Shown here one piece after another: positions 34,696 through 37,616 of a DNA stretch of 37,616 nucleotides. Source of the stretch: Actinomycetota bacterium (GTDB lineage Bacteria > Actinomycetota > Actinomycetes > Mycobacteriales > SCTD01). Location: assembly GCA_033851845.1 (NCBI GenBank), contig JAWWOH010000077.1:1-37616 (forward strand), given 5' to 3'. Position 1 is the first letter of the stretch. Each line of letters starts with the position of its first letter. The translations under genes and the position numbers were made by a program. The notes under the pieces are model-generated. The model had not been told where the DNA came from, did no database searches, and saw only the letters and a program-made list of their open reading frames with translations.

Positions 34696-36150
34696 TTACG
34701 GCTCCAGCGCAGCGAGCTGGTCGGCGAGCCAGCGCGAGGGCGGGAACGCCGTCGCGGCTTCGGCCAGCCGCTTCGACCTCTCCGCCCGTTCGGAGCGGTC
34801 CATGAGCAATGCGTCGTGCAGCGCCTGCGCGGTCTGCGAGACGTCGTACGGGTTGACCAGCAGCGCGTCGGCGCCGAGGTCGTCGGCCGCGCCGGCCTCG
34901 CGCGACAGCACGAGCCCGACGCCGTTGCCGGAAAGCACCGGGCCTTCCTTGGCGACCAGGTTCATGCCGTCCCGCAAGGGGTTCACGACCAGGACGTCGG
35001 CCAGCTGCATCGCGGCGAGCGACCTCGGGTAGTCGTCCTTGACCTCGAGGTGCACCGGCACCCACCCAGGCGCCGCGAACTCCTCGTTGACCTCGCGGGC
35101 GACGCGTTGCACAGCGCCGGTGTACTCCCGGTACTCCGGCAGGTCGTGCCGCGACGGGTAGGCGAAGGCCAGGTGCACGACCCGCTCGCGGTGCTCCGGC
35201 CACCGGCGCAGCAGCTCGCGGTAGGCCTCCAGGCCGCGCACGATGTTCTTCGACAGCTCGGTGCGGTCGATGCGCAGGATCAGCTGCCGGTCACCGGCGA
35301 GATCGCGGATCGCCGGCAGCTTCGACGTCACGTCGCTCTCGGCTGCGCGGGCGGTCAGCTCGGCACCGTCGACGCCGAGCGGGTGCACGTCGACGCGGGT
35401 CACGCGGCCGTCGTACGAGACCGCCTTTCCGTCGTACGACGCACCGAGCACGTCGACGCAGCACCGGGCGAACGCATCCGCCCAGCGCGGCGAGTTGAAG
35501 CCGACCGCATCGGCGCCGAGCATCCCGGTGAGCAGGTCGACGGCGATCACGTCCGGCAGCAGCCGGAAGTACTCGGGTGGCGCCCACGGCGTGTGGCTGA
35601 AGTGCGAGATCCGCAGGTCGGGTCGCCTTGCCCGCAGCTGCCGCGGAGTGAGCGACAGGTGGTAGTCCTGCACGAGGACGGCGGCTCCCGGCGCGGCTTC
35701 CTGCGCAAGTGCCTCGGCAAAGGCGTCGTCGTACGACGTGTACGCCTCCCACTCGCGGCGACTGCGCTCCCCGAAGGCAGGACTGCTCGCCGTGGCGTAG
35801 AGCAGGTGGCTGACGAACCACAGCATCGAGTTGGCGACGGCGTTGTAGGCGCGGTCGAAGGTGACCGGGTCGATGTCGAGCATCCGCACCGGGGTGGGGG
35901 ACACGTCGACGGCGAGCCGCCCGCCGTTGAAGTGCGCTGCCCGTCGGTCGGCGTCCGACAGCGCCGCGCACACCCACACGGTGCCGTTGGGCGCTGCTGC
36001 GTGGCTGATCGCCGACACGAGACCGCCGCCGCCGCGCCGGGCCGATCCGTCCTCGGCGAACGACACCGGGCCACGGTTGGACGCCAGCAGGAGGTCGGCA
36101 CGCACGTCGCCGAACCTAGCCGTAGACTGGTCCGCACAACTGAACAGCAC
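34696..36150 (-). CDS. otsA: alpha,alpha-trehalose-phosphate synthase (GT20)
   Basis: LLLASNRGPV and HDYHL-equivalent QDYHLSL are present, with GT20 collinearity throughout. 484 aa with a TAA stop. Confidence 0.85.
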   Translation of the reverse strand: MLFSCADQSTARFGDVRADLLLASNRGPVSFAEDGSARRGGGGLVSAISHAAAPNGTVWVCAALSDADRRAAHFNGGRLAVDVSPTPVRMLDIDPVTFDRAYNAVANSMLWFVSHLLYATASSPAFGERSRREWEAYTSYDDAFAEALAQEAAPGAAVLVQDYHLSLTPRQLRARRPDLRISHFSHTPWAPPEYFRLLPDVIAVDLLTGMLGADAVGFNSPRWADAFARCCVDVLGASYDGKAVSYDGRVTRVDVHPLGVDGAELTARAAESDVTSKLPAIRDLAGDRQLILRIDRTELSKNIVRGLEAYRELLRRWPEHRERVVHLAFAYPSRHDLPEYREYTGAVQRVAREVNEEFAAPGWVPVHLEVKDDYPRSLAAMQLADVLVVNPLRDGMNLVAKEGPVLSGNGVGLVLSREAGAADDLGADALLVNPYDVSQTAQALHDALLMDRSERAERSKRLAEAATAFPPSRWLADQLAALEP

Positions 36151-36274
36151 TCATCCAGAGGGGCACCAGGGACACGGCCCGATGACGCCCCGGCAACCAG
36201 TGCAGGTCTTCCCGACCTGACCACCAGGTGCCAACTCCGTCCCGCGCGTCCGCGTGGGGAAGATGAGGAGATCA

Positions 36275-37537
36275 ATGACAGTCAGCGCATCAACTCTCAC
36301 GGGGTCCCCGGCCCGTGCCCTCAAGTGCCGTGAATGCGGCACCGAGGTCCCGCTCAGCCCAGTCCACGTCTGTTTGGAGTGCTTCGCGCCGCTCGAGGTC
36401 GCGTACGACGAGGACGCGCTGCGTCGCGTCACGCGCGAGTCGATCGCGGCCGGCCCGCAGACGATCTGGAGGTACGCCGGCCTGCTGCCCGCCGGTCAGG
36501 ACGAGGCGACGCGCGTCGACATCGGGGCGGGCATGACCCGACTGCGCCCGGCGTCCAACCTGGCCCGCGCGCTCGGCATGAAGACGCTGTGGGTCAAGGA
36601 CGACAGCGGCAACCCGACCCACTCCTTCAAGGACCGCGTCGTGTCGGTCGCGCTCTCGGCGGCTCGCGCCTTCGGGTTCACGACGGTCGCCTGCGCGTCG
36701 ACCGGCAACCTCGCCAACTCCGTCGCCGCGCATGCCGCTCGCAACGGCCTGCGCGCAGTCGTCTTCATCCCCGACGACCTCGAGCAGGGCAAGGTCGTGC
36801 AGACCGCTGTCTACGGGCAGACGCTCGTCGCGGTGAACGGCACGTACGACGACGTCAACCGGCTCTGCAGCGAGATCGCCGAGAACGAGGACTGGGCCTT
36901 CGTCAACGTCAACGTCCGGCCGTACTACGCCGAAGGCTCGAAGACCCTCGGCTACGAGGTGGCCGAGCAGCTCGGCTGGCGACTGCCCGAGCAGGTCATC
37001 ATCCCGATGGCCTCCGGGTCGTTGCTGACGAAGGTGGACAAGGCCTTCGGGGAGCTCGGTCGGCTCGGACTCGTGGAAGCGACGCCGTACAAGGTGTTCG
37101 GTGCGCAGAGCAGCGGGTGCTCGCCGATCGCGACGGCGTACGAGAACGGCTGGGACACGGTCAAGCCGGTGCGACCGACCGGCATCGCGAAGTCGCTCGG
37201 CATCGGCAACCCCGCGGATGGGCCGTATGCGCTCGACACGGTTCGGCGGACGGGCGGCGCGATGGGCCACGTCGGTGACAAGGAGATCGTCGAGGGGATC
37301 CGGCTGCTCGCCGAGACCGAGGGCCTGTTTGCGGAGACCGCCGGCGGGGTGACGGTCGCGACGCTGCGGCAGCTGCTCTCGGCCGGTGCCGTCGACCCCG
37401 AGGCCGAGACGGTGCTCTACAACACCGGCGACGGGCTCAAGACGCTCGACGCCGTAGCCGGCGAGGTCGGGCCGACCGCGACGATCGCGCCGTCGTACAG
37501 CGCCTTCGTGAAGAGCGGCCTCGGCACGGACCAGTAG
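36275..37537 (+). CDS. thrC: threonine synthase (PLP-dependent) with N-terminal zinc-ribbon
   Basis: CRECG...CLEC ribbon. The PLP-lysine motif is HSFKDR. Fold-type II PLP domain. I chose start ATG 36275 with GAGGAG 5 nt upstream. The ORF opens at 36254. Confidence 0.85.
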   Translation: MTVSASTLTGSPARALKCRECGTEVPLSPVHVCLECFAPLEVAYDEDALRRVTRESIAAGPQTIWRYAGLLPAGQDEATRVDIGAGMTRLRPASNLARALGMKTLWVKDDSGNPTHSFKDRVVSVALSAARAFGFTTVACASTGNLANSVAAHAARNGLRAVVFIPDDLEQGKVVQTAVYGQTLVAVNGTYDDVNRLCSEIAENEDWAFVNVNVRPYYAEGSKTLGYEVAEQLGWRLPEQVIIPMASGSLLTKVDKAFGELGRLGLVEATPYKVFGAQSSGCSPIATAYENGWDTVKPVRPTGIAKSLGIGNPADGPYALDTVRRTGGAMGHVGDKEIVEGIRLLAETEGLFAETAGGVTVATLRQLLSAGAVDPEAETVLYNTGDGLKTLDAVAGEVGPTATIAPSYSAFVKSGLGTDQ

Positions 37538-37551
37538 GGCAGGATCCGGGG

Positions 37552-37616
37552 CATGCGGCTTCGGACGATGGCCGGCCTCGCGGTCGGGGGGCTGCTGCTC
37601 GATGCCGCCGTCCTCG
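37552..37616 (+). CDS. 5' end of a further gene (hydrophobic N-terminus MRLRTMAGLAVGGLLLDAAVL), partial
   Basis: Open frame from ATG 37552 to the window edge. Only 21 codons are visible. Confidence 0.25.

Noticed and set aside
34693-35203. 5' extension of the AAA ATPase ORF up to ATG 35203
   Set aside because: It would overlap otsA by ~500 bp in another frame and translates to Arg/Gly/Pro low complexity. A GTG with sensible spacing after the otsA stop is available at 34692.

Overview
This is high-GC (~70%) Actinomycetota-type chromosomal DNA, dense with genes on both strands. Lineage is suggested by lipobox lipoproteins, Mce, Acg-type nitroreductase, DUF3263/LytR_C and otsA/otsB. I can support about 38 protein-coding genes, one complete tRNA-Thr(UGU) and a ~45-bp partial copy of that tRNA's 3' end 6.2 kb downstream.

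Best candidate for something new: the tRNA and its partial copy bracket a small, decayed, integrase-less islet (3338-9588). It carries a frameshifted and truncated IS481-family transposase, an IlvY-like LysR regulator divergent from a long-form (class II, E. coli-type) ketol-acid reductoisomerase, an amidase, and a LipJ-like alpha/beta-hydrolase/class-III adenylyl-cyclase gene broken by two compensating frameshifts.

Outside the islet, in order:
- the 3' end of a sigma-70-family gene;
- a flotillin (SPFH) plus NfeD operon lying back-to-back with an ECF sigma factor and a co-translated single-pass membrane protein that is a candidate non-canonical anti-sigma;
- a PaaK-family ligase;
- a GntR-controlled, tightly coupled operon: hydroxypyruvate-isomerase-like TIM barrel, IlvD/EDD dehydratase, FAH-family hydratase, 3-hydroxyisobutyrate-dehydrogenase-family reductase and an orphan lipoprotein binding protein;
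- a CocE/NonD hydrolase, FAD monooxygenase and orphan ApbE flavin transferase;
- a redox block of a SnoaL-like protein, Old Yellow Enzyme, Zn-ADH and Acg-type nitroreductase;
- an orphan Mce protein;
- NADP-glutamate dehydrogenase;
- a secreted FG-GAP/VCBS-repeat phosphodiester glycosidase;
- DUF3263 and LytR_C proteins, otsB, and otsA translationally coupled to a two-domain Cdc48/VCP-like AAA ATPase;
- a zinc-ribbon threonine synthase and the start of a further gene.

I found no CRISPR array, rRNA, or intact integrase/recombinase. The many long ORFs in alternative frames are GC-driven shadow ORFs.
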